The notes: a model not told the origin generated them from the sequence alone. DNA of 64,000 nucleotides from Candidatus Obscuribacteraceae bacterium (GCA_044226015.1 JBGAHS010000001.1:928001-992000); one strand, 5' to 3'. Shown: positions 27,672 through 37,677, counted from the stretch's first letter. Translations and numbers: made by a program.

Positions 27672-28654
27672 ATGAAGGAGACTTGCAAGGTTGGGCGATT
27701 CCCGGACTTACGTTCGTAAAAATTTCTGGCGCTGATGGTTCGAAAGGGGCTGCGCAGGAAGAATCTGAAACTGGTAAGTCGTGCGCCAATCATAAAAACT
27801 TGAGCGAGGCGTCTAAGAGAATTTATTTAATGGGTGATGCTTTATTTGCCTTGAACTGTCAAAGAGCGCATGTTGCTTTTCTGATGCTCGGAAACACCGC
27901 TAGTCTCAGTTACTTCATGGGGATGGCACTACAGCCGATACCGCAAGGACTAGGCGAAAACGACGTTTCTGAAATCTGTTATAACCTTCAGAAATCAATC
28001 TTGCATAGCGCTTACAGCAAAGTTGATATTCATACTCGTGCCTACTCAGCAGAGACTGTAAGAGGTATGATGGAACCGTTGGCAAACAATGTTGGTATTG
28101 CTACAGGTTTTACCCCGGTGAAAAATAGATCCGAGGAGTCAAGCGTGCCTGGGCTAATACAAAGCATCGCCAGCGGTATGAATGGGCTTGAATTTGGTAT
28201 GTTAGTGCTTGCCTCTCCGTTGACTTCAAGCGTGCTCAAACAAGAAGAGTTCATCGTTCCCGAGCAGCCTCAAAATGGCGAACGAGACAAAGACGAAGAC
28301 GAAGAAAACAATCTTAGCGTCAATAAATACCTGGATTCGCAGGCGGCTAATCTAAAGCATAAGTTAGAGCAAATTCGAGGCAATTGGCTTGTTGGCGTTT
28401 ATTTTTTCGCGCCAAGGGAATATGCTTTTGTTCGATTAATGAGTTTAGTCAAGGCAACTCTTGCTGAGGAAGAATCGCACCCTGGGGCATTGCGTATTCA
28501 CGTGGTCAGGGGACTGAAAAAGTACATGCTGGAATTTGCACTGCTACGAAATTTGCCCCCTTCTACTGGGAATAACAATAGCTCTAAATTCAAACTCTTA
28601 ACTCTAATGAGTTCCAACAGTTTCGCCACCTTTATAGGTCGACCTTTTCTCTAA
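27668..28654 (+). CDS. Hypothetical protein, possibly the N-terminal portion of a HerA/DUF87-type ATPase gene with no ATPase domain
   Basis: 328 aa; GNWLVGVYF..TLMSSNSFATF; no Walker A; family assignment from memory only. Confidence 0.5.
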   Translation: MNEGDLQGWAIPGLTFVKISGADGSKGAAQEESETGKSCANHKNLSEASKRIYLMGDALFALNCQRAHVAFLMLGNTASLSYFMGMALQPIPQGLGENDVSEICYNLQKSILHSAYSKVDIHTRAYSAETVRGMMEPLANNVGIATGFTPVKNRSEESSVPGLIQSIASGMNGLEFGMLVLASPLTSSVLKQEEFIVPEQPQNGERDKDEDEENNLSVNKYLDSQAANLKHKLEQIRGNWLVGVYFFAPREYAFVRLMSLVKATLAEEESHPGALRIHVVRGLKKYMLEFALLRNLPPSTGNNNSSKFKLLTLMSSNSFATFIGRPFL

Positions 28655-28763
28655 AATGATTTGGAGCACAAAGTTGAAACGAGTTTTGGGTTGCGGCACT
28701 AGTTCCTGTTACGCCAGATTTTACGCTTGGTGTATTCGTTCGCGGACGGAAAGAGATCCGCTG

Positions 28764-29303
28764 TTACAGCTCTGTGCTTGACTGGCGAAACTTTTCTATT
28801 GGCGGCAGCTTATCGCTTATGCGGTTGATGGTATCTGCCAATTCGTCAGCTTCCTTTTCTCTACCCTTCTCACGCAAGAGTTCAGAATATTCGTTCAAGC
28901 ATTTTAGCCAAATATGTTTGTCAGCAGAGAATAGGAACACTGTGTCTGCTTCTTCATAGAGTTTGGAGGCTTTCTGAAAACAATCAAGCGCTGTCTCTGG
29001 CTTATTGAGGCGTCGAGCGCACTGCCCCAATCGGGTTAGCGCCTCTGCCATATCACTCTTATGATCACTGTCCTGCTCTGCTGTTTTGAGAGCTTTTGTG
29101 AAAATCAGTTCCGCTAGTCCATACTGTTTTGATTCCATGGCAGTTTCGCCCAATCCTAAGAACACTCCCAGTACCACTGGTGAGTTGCCTGGTGAATCAA
29201 GGAGCTTCCAACAAAGTAAGCCACACCCGCAAAACAAAAGCAGCACCGCTGAGAGAATTGAAGCAACAATTATTTTCTTGGACTTCAATCGAATGCTCCA
29301 CAC
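28764..29303 (-). CDS. Membrane-anchored TPR protein
   Basis: N-terminal TM; AELIFTKAL..AEALTRLGQC..ALDCFQKA. Confidence 0.75.
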   Translation of the reverse strand: MWSIRLKSKKIIVASILSAVLLLFCGCGLLCWKLLDSPGNSPVVLGVFLGLGETAMESKQYGLAELIFTKALKTAEQDSDHKSDMAEALTRLGQCARRLNKPETALDCFQKASKLYEEADTVFLFSADKHIWLKCLNEYSELLREKGREKEADELADTINRISDKLPPIEKFRQSSTEL

Positions 29304-29348
29304 GCAACGGCTCTTCAGTTTACTACTGTACTCGAGTTTTTAGGAAAG

Positions 29349-30341
29349 CTAACCTAGACCGAATAGGTAGAGTGGAATTTCTCCGAATTCATCCTTTGAT
29401 TTCTCATAGTCTGCCGCCCCCGATTCATCGAAACCGCAGGCTGTCCAAGCCTTAGAACGATAATAAAAGTCGGTCTTAGTTTGGGCCTCTGTTTCCGTCA
29501 TCTGTTTGAGAAGTGCCTTCCGTTCGGAGTCCTTCTTCATCTCGCCCAGGCACTCTGAATGCACCCACATTGCTCGAATTGAAATAGGACGGTTCTTTTG
29601 TATCTCGTTCAGCATTGATATAGCTTGCTCATACAAGTAGGCGTCCATTCGGATCCAAACTGCATCTAGCAGCTCATCTATCTCTTGTTCTTGTTCGGAG
29701 ATAGCTTGTGGATTCTTTTTTTCGTATCTCATTTGAGAGAAAAAATCCTCCCTTTCGTCAGATTCTGAATTCGCAGAAGTCGTCAGGTTTGATAAAAGGG
29801 AATCTTTTGATGGTACCAAAAAATCTGGCGCGCCCACTTTACTTGGCACTCTTCCTGTTGAAAATCCTGTCAGCAAAGCAAATATAGATGTGGGAATTGA
29901 GAAAAACATGTCCCATCGCGATTCTTCATTCTGGGAGTAATAATGCTTGCTAATGGCTTCCTTCACAGGTGCGAAAATTTCAGGTGGAGAGCCTTTTACT
30001 TGAAGGTCGGTCGGTGACTTGTAAAAGTGGTGATTCATTTGCCAAACTAGCCTCTGTTCGCTCCATGCGCTGGCTGATGAGTAGTTGCTAGAATTGCAAC
30101 TTTCAAGTCGCATTATTTCAGCACTCTCAGACGCTGAACAGAGTAACTCGTCGGATGCTGTTGGACCGTATTTGTTAAACTGCAGAATATACCACCCTGG
30201 TCTCATGTAAAAGCCCTGGATAACGTCCTTGAATGTCCCAGTTCTGTTACCGTCTTCTGCACACAGCTCAAGACCTAATCTACTCCAGGCTTCTTCCTTC
30301 GAAATTCCTCTCGCTGCAAGAACGTCAGAATTAAACCCCAT
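29349..30341 (-). CDS. Hypothetical protein with C-terminal TPR-like helices
   Basis: 330-aa ORF; GAGG RBS. Confidence 0.7.
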   Translation of the reverse strand: MGFNSDVLAARGISKEEAWSRLGLELCAEDGNRTGTFKDVIQGFYMRPGWYILQFNKYGPTASDELLCSASESAEIMRLESCNSSNYSSASAWSEQRLVWQMNHHFYKSPTDLQVKGSPPEIFAPVKEAISKHYYSQNEESRWDMFFSIPTSIFALLTGFSTGRVPSKVGAPDFLVPSKDSLLSNLTTSANSESDEREDFFSQMRYEKKNPQAISEQEQEIDELLDAVWIRMDAYLYEQAISMLNEIQKNRPISIRAMWVHSECLGEMKKDSERKALLKQMTETEAQTKTDFYYRSKAWTACGFDESGAADYEKSKDEFGEIPLYLFGLG

Positions 30342-30460
30342 ATTTCATTCCTCGCAGTATCTTCTGCATAGGCTAAGCTGTTTGCCTGAATGATTTTTGA
30401 AATGGCACTGTTCTAATGGATGGAACTGCTACAGCTGTATTTCTGAGCCGTTAGTCGCAG

Positions 30461-31810
30461 CTAGTCAACACTTGCAGGAATTTCAGCAAAGACTGCGCGC
30501 TTGACGGTGGTTAGCTCCCAGGCTCTCAATGGAATGTAAACCGCCAGTGCCATTAGCCATGCTTGCAAGCTCGGGATTCCAATTGCAAAACTTGATGTAC
30601 CTGGAACAATACCTGTTGTGAGAATGCCTAGCAAAGCGCCGCTAGTCCAGGCTATTGAGGCTGAATATTTTGCGCTCGGAAGAACTTCGTTCAACCCGTG
30701 TTTGCGTCGGAATATGAACCATTCAGCTGTAAGAAGTATAGTTGCTGTCGGCAGCAGCACCGCATTTAGTGCGCAGATTGATTCGAGCGCGCTCACCGCG
30801 CGTGAGAATGCTAGTCCTCCGGCGGCAACTGCAGCCAGGCATGATACTGTAAATACAACCTTACGATGAGACATTTTACAGAAGCTCTCGAAAGCGTGCG
30901 CGAAAGCATAAAGATTGGAGTCATTTGCCGCGAAATACTGGCAGCCTATGAAAAGCAGTGAAAGAATGCTGAGTCCGCCAAAGGTGAACTTGTTCAAATA
31001 GGCTGTTGCTGCTGCTGATTCAGTGATACCAGTTTGTGAAGCAATTAGCCAACCGGTTATCGGAAAAATGATTTGCCCGATGAAAAGCGCAGCGCCCAAT
31101 GCAAGACCTATGTCTAGCGGCTTGGCTTTTCCGTGGCGCCAGTAATCAGCTTCATTGCCCCAGATTGCAAAGCCTATAACGAATTGCGAAACCGTGCAGA
31201 ATGCCATTGAAAACGGTACCATATCTTGTGAATGTGCCAAGCTTGCGGGTACAGTCGGTGCAATCTTGCAAAACATGAATATAATCCAGCCGATGACAGC
31301 TGGTGCTCCTACAAATTTTGCGAAGTTCGCTATTCCCTTGAAACCGAAAAAGTTATTCAAAGCCATTGCGAAACTAAATGCCATCGCCAGCAGTGGCAGG
31401 TATTGTTTGCCACCGCACAGACTGCTGTATGCGTCTGCCATCAGGAAGGCGGCGACAGCATACCAGCCCATGAAAAGCACCATCAGGCAGATACTCATTT
31501 TTGAGGAAAATGATTCGCCAAAAAAGTGGTTGCAGAGTTGTTTGAAGGAAAGCCCTGTCTTTATTGCGATGCTACAAATGGGAATGGAATAGAGTAACAA
31601 CAGTCCAAGACTGATGAATAATGAAGCGAGAACTTGTGTAAACGACAGTCTTTGTCTGTACCATTCAAAACCAATTAGCACCGACGGAAATGACGACACC
31701 ATCGTGACCCAGAGCAGGCTCATAGTTACAGGACCTCGCCGCTCATGAGTGCTTGCAGTACAGCCTTCTTGTGATATTGGTCTTGATGTTTTTACCGCAG
31801 TTGTTGTCAT
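30461..31810 (-). CDS. NCS1 / cytosine-permease family transporter
   Basis: ~12 TM; TGLS....FG, GWYA, ADY.R, NDSNLY. Confidence 0.82.
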   Translation of the reverse strand: MTTTAVKTSRPISQEGCTASTHERRGPVTMSLLWVTMVSSFPSVLIGFEWYRQRLSFTQVLASLFISLGLLLLYSIPICSIAIKTGLSFKQLCNHFFGESFSSKMSICLMVLFMGWYAVAAFLMADAYSSLCGGKQYLPLLAMAFSFAMALNNFFGFKGIANFAKFVGAPAVIGWIIFMFCKIAPTVPASLAHSQDMVPFSMAFCTVSQFVIGFAIWGNEADYWRHGKAKPLDIGLALGAALFIGQIIFPITGWLIASQTGITESAAATAYLNKFTFGGLSILSLLFIGCQYFAANDSNLYAFAHAFESFCKMSHRKVVFTVSCLAAVAAGGLAFSRAVSALESICALNAVLLPTATILLTAEWFIFRRKHGLNEVLPSAKYSASIAWTSGALLGILTTGIVPGTSSFAIGIPSLQAWLMALAVYIPLRAWELTTVKRAVFAEIPASVD

Positions 31811-31992
31811 TTAATCTCTCCATAACAGCTAGAAAATAAGCTGGTGGAGGACTTGCTGGCAATCGTGGTTCTACGATGCTCTACAAAATGCTGAATATGC
31901 TTGCCGGTGGATGCTGCCGAGATCTCTTCAGGATTGGTTTGGTGGAGTCTATAGCAAGATTTCCGGAATGTTTTTGCTTGGACCTTGAGCAA
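31807..31992 (-). CDS. Small upstream ORF coupled to the permease (uncertain)
   Basis: AAGGAG RBS before TTG; stop overlaps permease start (ATGA). Confidence 0.35.
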   Translation of the reverse strand: MLKVQAKTFRKSCYRLHQTNPEEISAASTGKHIQHFVEHRRTTIASKSSTSLFSSCYGEIK

Positions 31993-32157
31993 TTCCGCTC
32001 TCCTTAATCACCCCTAAAACACTTTCTTAACTGTCATAAGCTCAGACGATTACGACTTTTGCATCCTATTATCGAAATAGTTGATTTGCTGCAGTGGGCT
32101 CTGCTGCAGTTTGTCCTGGCAAGAAGCTCGACATTCCCATCGAAAAAGGTGAAGTAG

Positions 32158-33084
32158 ATGAAACTAGCAATGGAACTGTCTTACAACCCGGTGTCTTTGG
32201 CTTCTGCGTTAACTGCGGCAAAATTGGCGAAACTGGTTGCATTCCTGATCAGAACCTTTTCAATTGCTTTAGCGATTGTTTCTGTAGGAAGCTACATCGT
32301 TTTGAGTCCACCAGTACTAACGTTGTTAGTGCCAGGATTGATCTTGTGTCCTCCGAAGAGCGCATCATCTGTACTTCAGATTACACATATCGATAATGTG
32401 CCAATCGAGAACGTACAATTCGAATCAGCTAACAAGGCTAAGCTGCACGGCTGGTTCTTGCAGTCGCCAAATCCGAATGCCAAAGTGATGTTATTTTGTC
32501 ACGGAAATGGAGGCACTATAGGGCATTGTAAGAGCACCTTTTCGCGCTGGCTGAAAGCCGGTGTTTCTGTTTTCGCTTTCGACTATCAAGGCTATGGTAA
32601 AAGTTCAGGGAAAGCGATAATGTCGGAAGCTTTGAAAGATGGTGATGCTGCTTTCAGTTATTTGACAAATCAGAGGCATGTCCCAGCGAAAAACATATTG
32701 GTGTTTGGTCAATCATTTGGCGGAGCGGTGGCATGTGATGTCGTCAAAAAACATGACTGCGCAGCCTTGGTAGTCGAGTCAAGTTTCTCAAGTTTGATGT
32801 CTGTTGCCCAAAAGGACGTAGGCTTCTTCAATATGTATCCTTCATTTCTAACTCCAATTCCTGCCATGGATAATGCTTCAGTACTTGCTGCAAAACACCC
32901 GCCACTTCTGTTGATTCATGGAACGAAGGATCGCCTAATTCCAGTCTCTGAAGCAGATAGAAACTTTGCCGTGGCAAGCGAACCGAAGGAGATTTTGTAT
33001 TTGAAAAATTCCGATCACGGAATGGTTCAGGAAGATTTTGAGACGTATCAGGAAGCCATCACTGATTTCGTGGCGAAACTCTAG
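32158..33084 (+). CDS. Membrane-anchored alpha/beta hydrolase, paralogue of 10054-10941
   Basis: FCHGNGG, FDYQGYGKS, GQSFGG, HGTKDRLIP, ASEPKE. Confidence 0.9.
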   Translation: MKLAMELSYNPVSLASALTAAKLAKLVAFLIRTFSIALAIVSVGSYIVLSPPVLTLLVPGLILCPPKSASSVLQITHIDNVPIENVQFESANKAKLHGWFLQSPNPNAKVMLFCHGNGGTIGHCKSTFSRWLKAGVSVFAFDYQGYGKSSGKAIMSEALKDGDAAFSYLTNQRHVPAKNILVFGQSFGGAVACDVVKKHDCAALVVESSFSSLMSVAQKDVGFFNMYPSFLTPIPAMDNASVLAAKHPPLLLIHGTKDRLIPVSEADRNFAVASEPKEILYLKNSDHGMVQEDFETYQEAITDFVAKL

Positions 33085-33095
33085 TCAGGGACAGC

Positions 33096-34313
33096 TTACT
33101 TCTTTGCCAGTTCGCTTAACGCCAGTTTTCTAGCGACTTCCAATGCCTGCTCCTGTGGAACCTGGATGTCTGGTTTAACTCCTGTTTGTTCCCAGTTCTT
33201 ATGTGTTCTCGGGTTGATTGACTGTGCGGTAGGCATGGCAACACCGAAATTGTCCGTTAGTCTAAATGCATAAGTTGGGTTTGCGCCACCACCTGTGACA
33301 CCGCCAATGACTTTAGCCCGTCCTAGTGATTGCAGATCGTATGCAAACTCTTCACCCGCGGAAAACGTTTGGTCGCTAGTTAACAAGTAAATCGGCTTTT
33401 GCGAACCGAACTTTTGCCCTATTGGTTCGCTTGTGACAAGACGCTCCTCTCTGTTGATGTTTCCTTCTCGCCAGTGGATGGAATTCACATGAGTACCTGC
33501 ATCGAGCAAATAGTTGAGAGTTCGAAGCACTGTATGTGGGTCGCCACCTGTGTTATCGCGCAAATCAATAATCAATGCACTCTTGTCCGACAGTTGGGAC
33601 ATTGCGGAATCGATTGCCTTTTTTGTTTCTGCTGCCGCTCGTGGATCTGCACTGTCATTGCTTGGAAAAAATCCGGTCAACCTCAAATAGCCAACATTTC
33701 CTTCCAATGTTTGCACGGACTCCACTCCAGAGCGCTCACAAGTCTGTTGACTGAGTTGCTTGTCTAGTACATCTTGAGGGGTCTTAGCAAAATCGGCAGG
33801 GAGAGTTTTGTTATCGAAAAATACGCCGAGGTGTTTGTCTGGAATAATCTTGTGAAGGTCTTCATTTATAGTTTTTACAAATTTTTCGGCACTTTCGATT
33901 GATGAATAGTCAGCTTGCTCTTTCTGTTGCAAAATACCCGCCGCCTTCTCTGCTGACGAAGGGTCTATGTAGCGAGACTTCAATTCTCGGGAAAGACTTT
34001 CGATAACAGAATGACGGGTTTGACCACTAATCTTAAAGTCTTGAGGCTTTTCCATAACTCCAATCCAACATGAAGCCGAAATTTCAGCTGCAGTCCGTCC
34101 CAAGTTTTGTTTCTCATCTGGGGCGGATCGGGAAGCCGGAATAATCAAATCACTCTCAGTTGAGACTTTTTCACTACGTGAAATATATGTCGGGGGCACC
34201 TGCTCTTTCAGATCGGGCAACAGTCCCTGCGAATCACTTCGATCAACATTTGCATGCTTGTCGATGTTTTTATTGGGAGCATCAGATCGTAGAGAATCGC
34301 TTCCCATGTACAA
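33096..34313 (-). CDS. S41 family peptidase (IRBP-like)
   Basis: GNVGYLRL, LIIDLRDNTGG, TFSAGEEFAY, TGGGANP, NWEQTGVKPDI. Confidence 0.92.
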   Translation of the reverse strand: MYMGSDSLRSDAPNKNIDKHANVDRSDSQGLLPDLKEQVPPTYISRSEKVSTESDLIIPASRSAPDEKQNLGRTAAEISASCWIGVMEKPQDFKISGQTRHSVIESLSRELKSRYIDPSSAEKAAGILQQKEQADYSSIESAEKFVKTINEDLHKIIPDKHLGVFFDNKTLPADFAKTPQDVLDKQLSQQTCERSGVESVQTLEGNVGYLRLTGFFPSNDSADPRAAAETKKAIDSAMSQLSDKSALIIDLRDNTGGDPHTVLRTLNYLLDAGTHVNSIHWREGNINREERLVTSEPIGQKFGSQKPIYLLTSDQTFSAGEEFAYDLQSLGRAKVIGGVTGGGANPTYAFRLTDNFGVAMPTAQSINPRTHKNWEQTGVKPDIQVPQEQALEVARKLALSELAKK

Positions 34314-34507
34314 CCACCCGAATCGCCTTTTGTTTGCACCAGCCTGGTATCGTGCTTCAAGCGCTAGTTCTTCTATGACGCTTGGCCCATTAAACCTTAC
34401 AACTTAGTGTGTGAAAAAATCGTGAAATGAGTAGACTGAAGCGTTCCTTCCGTGAGCCGCGTCGGGCGCAGGAGAGGATCTAATTTGTTTCCCAGAGCTA
34501 AACAAGA

Positions 34508-34539
34508 AGCACTGGCTGAGTGGGAAATCAACCAATGCT
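34508..34539 (-). terminator. Probable tpl terminator
   Basis: Minus strand agcattggttga...tcagccagtgct then tcttgttt. Confidence 0.5.
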
Positions 34540-34573
34540 CCTCATTTAATGGTGTTCCAATTGTCGTTCGTTA

Positions 34574-34660
34574 TGCAGGCAGACGGTAACCTTCTAGATT
34601 AGTACCATTGGTTCTTGCAGGCAGACGGTAACCTTCTAGATTAGTACCATTGGTTCTTGC
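34574..34660. repeat. Exact 42-bp tandem duplication covering the tpl 3' end
   Basis: tgcaggcagacggtaaccttctagattagtaccattggttct x2 (34574, 34616). Confidence 0.95.
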
Positions 34661-36078
34661 TGACAGCCGACAAAATTTAGCTCTAGTGTCTTCGGGTCGA
34701 TGGGCTCAAAATGTGCCTGGAAAAACCTCAGTGTTTCGGGCTCGAACGACATGCGTAGTCCTTTTATTTCGTTGCGCTTCTTAAAACAGTTTGATACCGA
34801 ATATGCCACTAGATCCATGTGGTTTTTTGTATATACTCGTCTAGGAATCGTCAAACGAACAAGTTCTAACTTCGGGTAGCGGTGTCTTCCCGTGTGGGGG
34901 TCTCGACCTGCTGATACAATGCCTCGCTCCATTGCGCGTATGCCTGATTCAACATACAAAGCTACGGTGAGTGCTTGTGCAGGAAACTCGTCCTGTGGAA
35001 CATGTGGCAGAAATGCTGCTGCGTCAATGTAAACTGCATGTCCTCCAGTTGGTTTGACTATCGGAATTCCTCGTTGCTCTAGTTGAGAAGCCAGGTAGCA
35101 GACCTGTCCGATGCGGGCATCTAAATGGGCATCTTCAACTGCTTCCTCAATTCCCCGAGCCATCGCTTCCATATCACGTCCAGCCAGGCCGCCATAGGTG
35201 TGCAATCCCTCGAACAAAACTGAAAGTTCGCATGCCTTTCGGTACAGAGATAGGTCATTCAACGCCAGAAAACCGCCAATGTTGACGAGAAGATCCTTCT
35301 TTCCTGACATGGTGCATGCATCAGTGAGTTCGCACATTGTTTTGAGAATCTCTGCACAAGACTTTCTCGTATAACCAGGTTCATTTCGTTGAATGAACCA
35401 GGCATTCTCAAGGGCTCGTGTTGCATCCAACACAACTTTTATGCCATTTTTTCTGCACAGATGGCTTACTTCCTTTAGATTCTCCAGCGAGAAGGGCTGT
35501 CCACCTGCCATGTTTACGCAAGCTTGCACATTGATGTATGGAATGTTGTTTGCTCCAACGTGTTCAATCAAATTTTCCAGTTTAGATATATCGACATTTC
35601 CCTTGAACGGATTCAAGCTGTTTGGATCGTGCGCATCATCCACAATCACATCAACAAATCTTGCGCCTGCAAGCTCTTGGTGTGCTCTGGTTGTTGTGAA
35701 ATACATGTTTCCTGGTACAGTGTCACCAGGCTTGATTAGAAGTTTGGAGATGATATGTTCGGCGCCTCTTCCTTGATGAGTCGGAAGCACAAACTTATAG
35801 CCATAATATTTTTGAACGTTCTCTTCCAGCTTGTAGAAATTCTTTGAGCCAGCGTAGGCTTCGTCACCGAGCATCATTCCAGACCACTGATAATCGCTCA
35901 TTGCTGCGGTTCCACTATCAGTTAGCAAGTCAATATAGATGTCTTCTGACTTGAGTAGAAATGTGTTGTAGTGAGCTAGGCTGATGGCGTGTTCTCTGTA
36001 CTCGCGAGTAGTTTGTTTAAGGGGTTCCACCATTTTGATTTTGTATGGTTCTACCCACGATGGCATGAAATCGTCCAT
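34636..36078 (-). CDS. tpl: Tyrosine phenol-lyase (beta-eliminating lyase)
   Basis: IDLLTDSG, GDEAYAGS, HQGRGAE, MSGKKD (PLP Lys); TPL-type residues NMYFTTT, SAGR and LRFF rather than tryptophanase FDTT/LRHF. Confidence 0.88.
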   Translation of the reverse strand: MDDFMPSWVEPYKIKMVEPLKQTTREYREHAISLAHYNTFLLKSEDIYIDLLTDSGTAAMSDYQWSGMMLGDEAYAGSKNFYKLEENVQKYYGYKFVLPTHQGRGAEHIISKLLIKPGDTVPGNMYFTTTRAHQELAGARFVDVIVDDAHDPNSLNPFKGNVDISKLENLIEHVGANNIPYINVQACVNMAGGQPFSLENLKEVSHLCRKNGIKVVLDATRALENAWFIQRNEPGYTRKSCAEILKTMCELTDACTMSGKKDLLVNIGGFLALNDLSLYRKACELSVLFEGLHTYGGLAGRDMEAMARGIEEAVEDAHLDARIGQVCYLASQLEQRGIPIVKPTGGHAVYIDAAAFLPHVPQDEFPAQALTVALYVESGIRAMERGIVSAGRDPHTGRHRYPKLELVRLTIPRRVYTKNHMDLVAYSVSNCFKKRNEIKGLRMSFEPETLRFFQAHFEPIDPKTLELNFVGCQQEPMVLI

Positions 36079-36216
36079 GAATAACTCCTATTGACTCAAC
36101 TGGGCGTCGGCGGAAGTGCCTGCCTCTGGCTAGTATGCAGCTGCCTATTTTTGCCCACGACAAGGAAATCGAAAATCGTCCGCGCGGTGGTTTCTCTTTT
36201 GACACCACTGAGAAGT

Positions 36217-36232
36217 TGAGATTGAGTTCACA
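36217..36232 (-). promoter_or_regulatory. CRP-like box upstream of tpl
   Basis: TGTGA-actcaa-TCTCA on the minus strand, one mismatch to TGTGA-N6-TCACA. Confidence 0.35.
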
Positions 36233-36291
36233 TCTATTACTTTCGCATACGGCAATGTCGCAAAGTCATTCGCAGGTGTGACAGCTTTTTC

Positions 36292-37677
36292 TCAAATTAG
36301 AAACGGAATAAATCTCCAGGGAACCAACTTTGTATAAGCCCTGTAATTCTCATCTTTGAGCAGGTGTCTCTCTTCTGTGATGGCACGAAGATAGAATATT
36401 GACGTGACGAGAATCATGCCAAGCAAGGTCGTGGCTAGTTCTGTTCCACTTCTCTCGAGAATAAACGGAATTGTGCAAATCCACCAGCAAGTTATTTTAA
36501 TTGAATAAGCGGGGTGCCTTACAAAAGCATAAGGACCAGATGCAACTATTCCTCTGTTTGTCAGGTTCGAAAATGCCATGCCAAAACTCAGATTGCTCCA
36601 GGCATATAAAAACATGAGAACCATAAGTAGAGCAGTGGCAGCACACCATGCAAGTGGTGCGATGGTCAGCCATTGCTCTGGCCAGGCATATGTCGACACA
36701 GCGTCCGCGTAATGATCTACCATGCAAAATGGATGGTAGCAAATCAGTGTGACGAACCAACCCATCCATGATTTGTCGATTGAGCGAACTTCCGTGCCGA
36801 AAATGCGGCTTGCCGAAAGATAGCCAATGGCAGCAATTCCCGAGTCAACTGTGCAGAGAATTCGCAAAATTATCACGTATGCTACTGGCAATAACGTATA
36901 GAGATGATTGAACGAAAGAGAGGAGATAAGGCTCAGGCTATGTCTTTGTAAGTCCTGGAAATTTGTTATGAAGTAAACAAATAGCAATGTTCCGAAAAAC
37001 GATCTTAGCCAGGCACTGAGCAGCATATTTGAAAAACGATTGCCTGTTGCTGTGTTGAATGTGTGGATTTCGCCAAGATTCATCGAAAACAGAAGTGCCA
37101 TGTTCCGTTTCAACAAACCTGGAAAATCAAGCCAATCATCGTGTTCAAGAGAGCCTATTCCATTGCGCTCCCACAAACAAAAGTAACAAACAGAAATTGC
37201 TAGGGCTAAGGGGAAAGCTAGAAGAAACGCCGGAAAGACGGGCGCATAAAATAAATGAATAAGCAGCACAGGAATTGCCTGAACCAGGAACAAGATCATT
37301 ACCGAACTTGCACGTCGTAAAATTCGTTTGGCCGCTACTCTATCAATTTTTCTCGACTCAGAAAATGAAAAATGTGTTCTATAGCTCTTACAAACAAAAA
37401 GCTCTACCGCAGCCATAACGGTAAAAGAAATTGCAAGTACAAATATTGCATTTACCACTATCTCTGCCGCATTAAGTGAGCGATTTAAGAGAATTATTGA
37501 GCACGCTGTACTTGCAATTGTCGCAGCCCCTATTAGCCCCGTTAAAGTGCTCTTCCTGAATGTGTGATCGCTTACGCCCGGCGCCCCGGGCGAATTCGCA
37601 GCAGAGTCTGCCTCCGCTTGGTTGATTTGTGCCTTGCCGCTTGATGTGGCAAAGTCGGAAAAATAGCTTTCGGCCAT
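36292..37677 (-). CDS. Isoprenylcysteine carboxylmethyltransferase/PEMT family membrane protein
   Basis: Multi-TM; FSNLTNRGIVASGPYAFVRHPAY, RAITEERHL..Y..Y...VPWRFIP. Confidence 0.88.
   Translation of the reverse strand: MAESYFSDFATSSGKAQINQAEADSAANSPGAPGVSDHTFRKSTLTGLIGAATIASTACSIILLNRSLNAAEIVVNAIFVLAISFTVMAAVELFVCKSYRTHFSFSESRKIDRVAAKRILRRASSVMILFLVQAIPVLLIHLFYAPVFPAFLLAFPLALAISVCYFCLWERNGIGSLEHDDWLDFPGLLKRNMALLFSMNLGEIHTFNTATGNRFSNMLLSAWLRSFFGTLLFVYFITNFQDLQRHSLSLISSLSFNHLYTLLPVAYVIILRILCTVDSGIAAIGYLSASRIFGTEVRSIDKSWMGWFVTLICYHPFCMVDHYADAVSTYAWPEQWLTIAPLAWCAATALLMVLMFLYAWSNLSFGMAFSNLTNRGIVASGPYAFVRHPAYSIKITCWWICTIPFILERSGTELATTLLGMILVTSIFYLRAITEERHLLKDENYRAYTKLVPWRFIPFLI

Noticed and set aside
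34636..36078. Tryptophanase tnaA
   Set aside because: Has TPL-type FTTT, SAGR and LRFF residues
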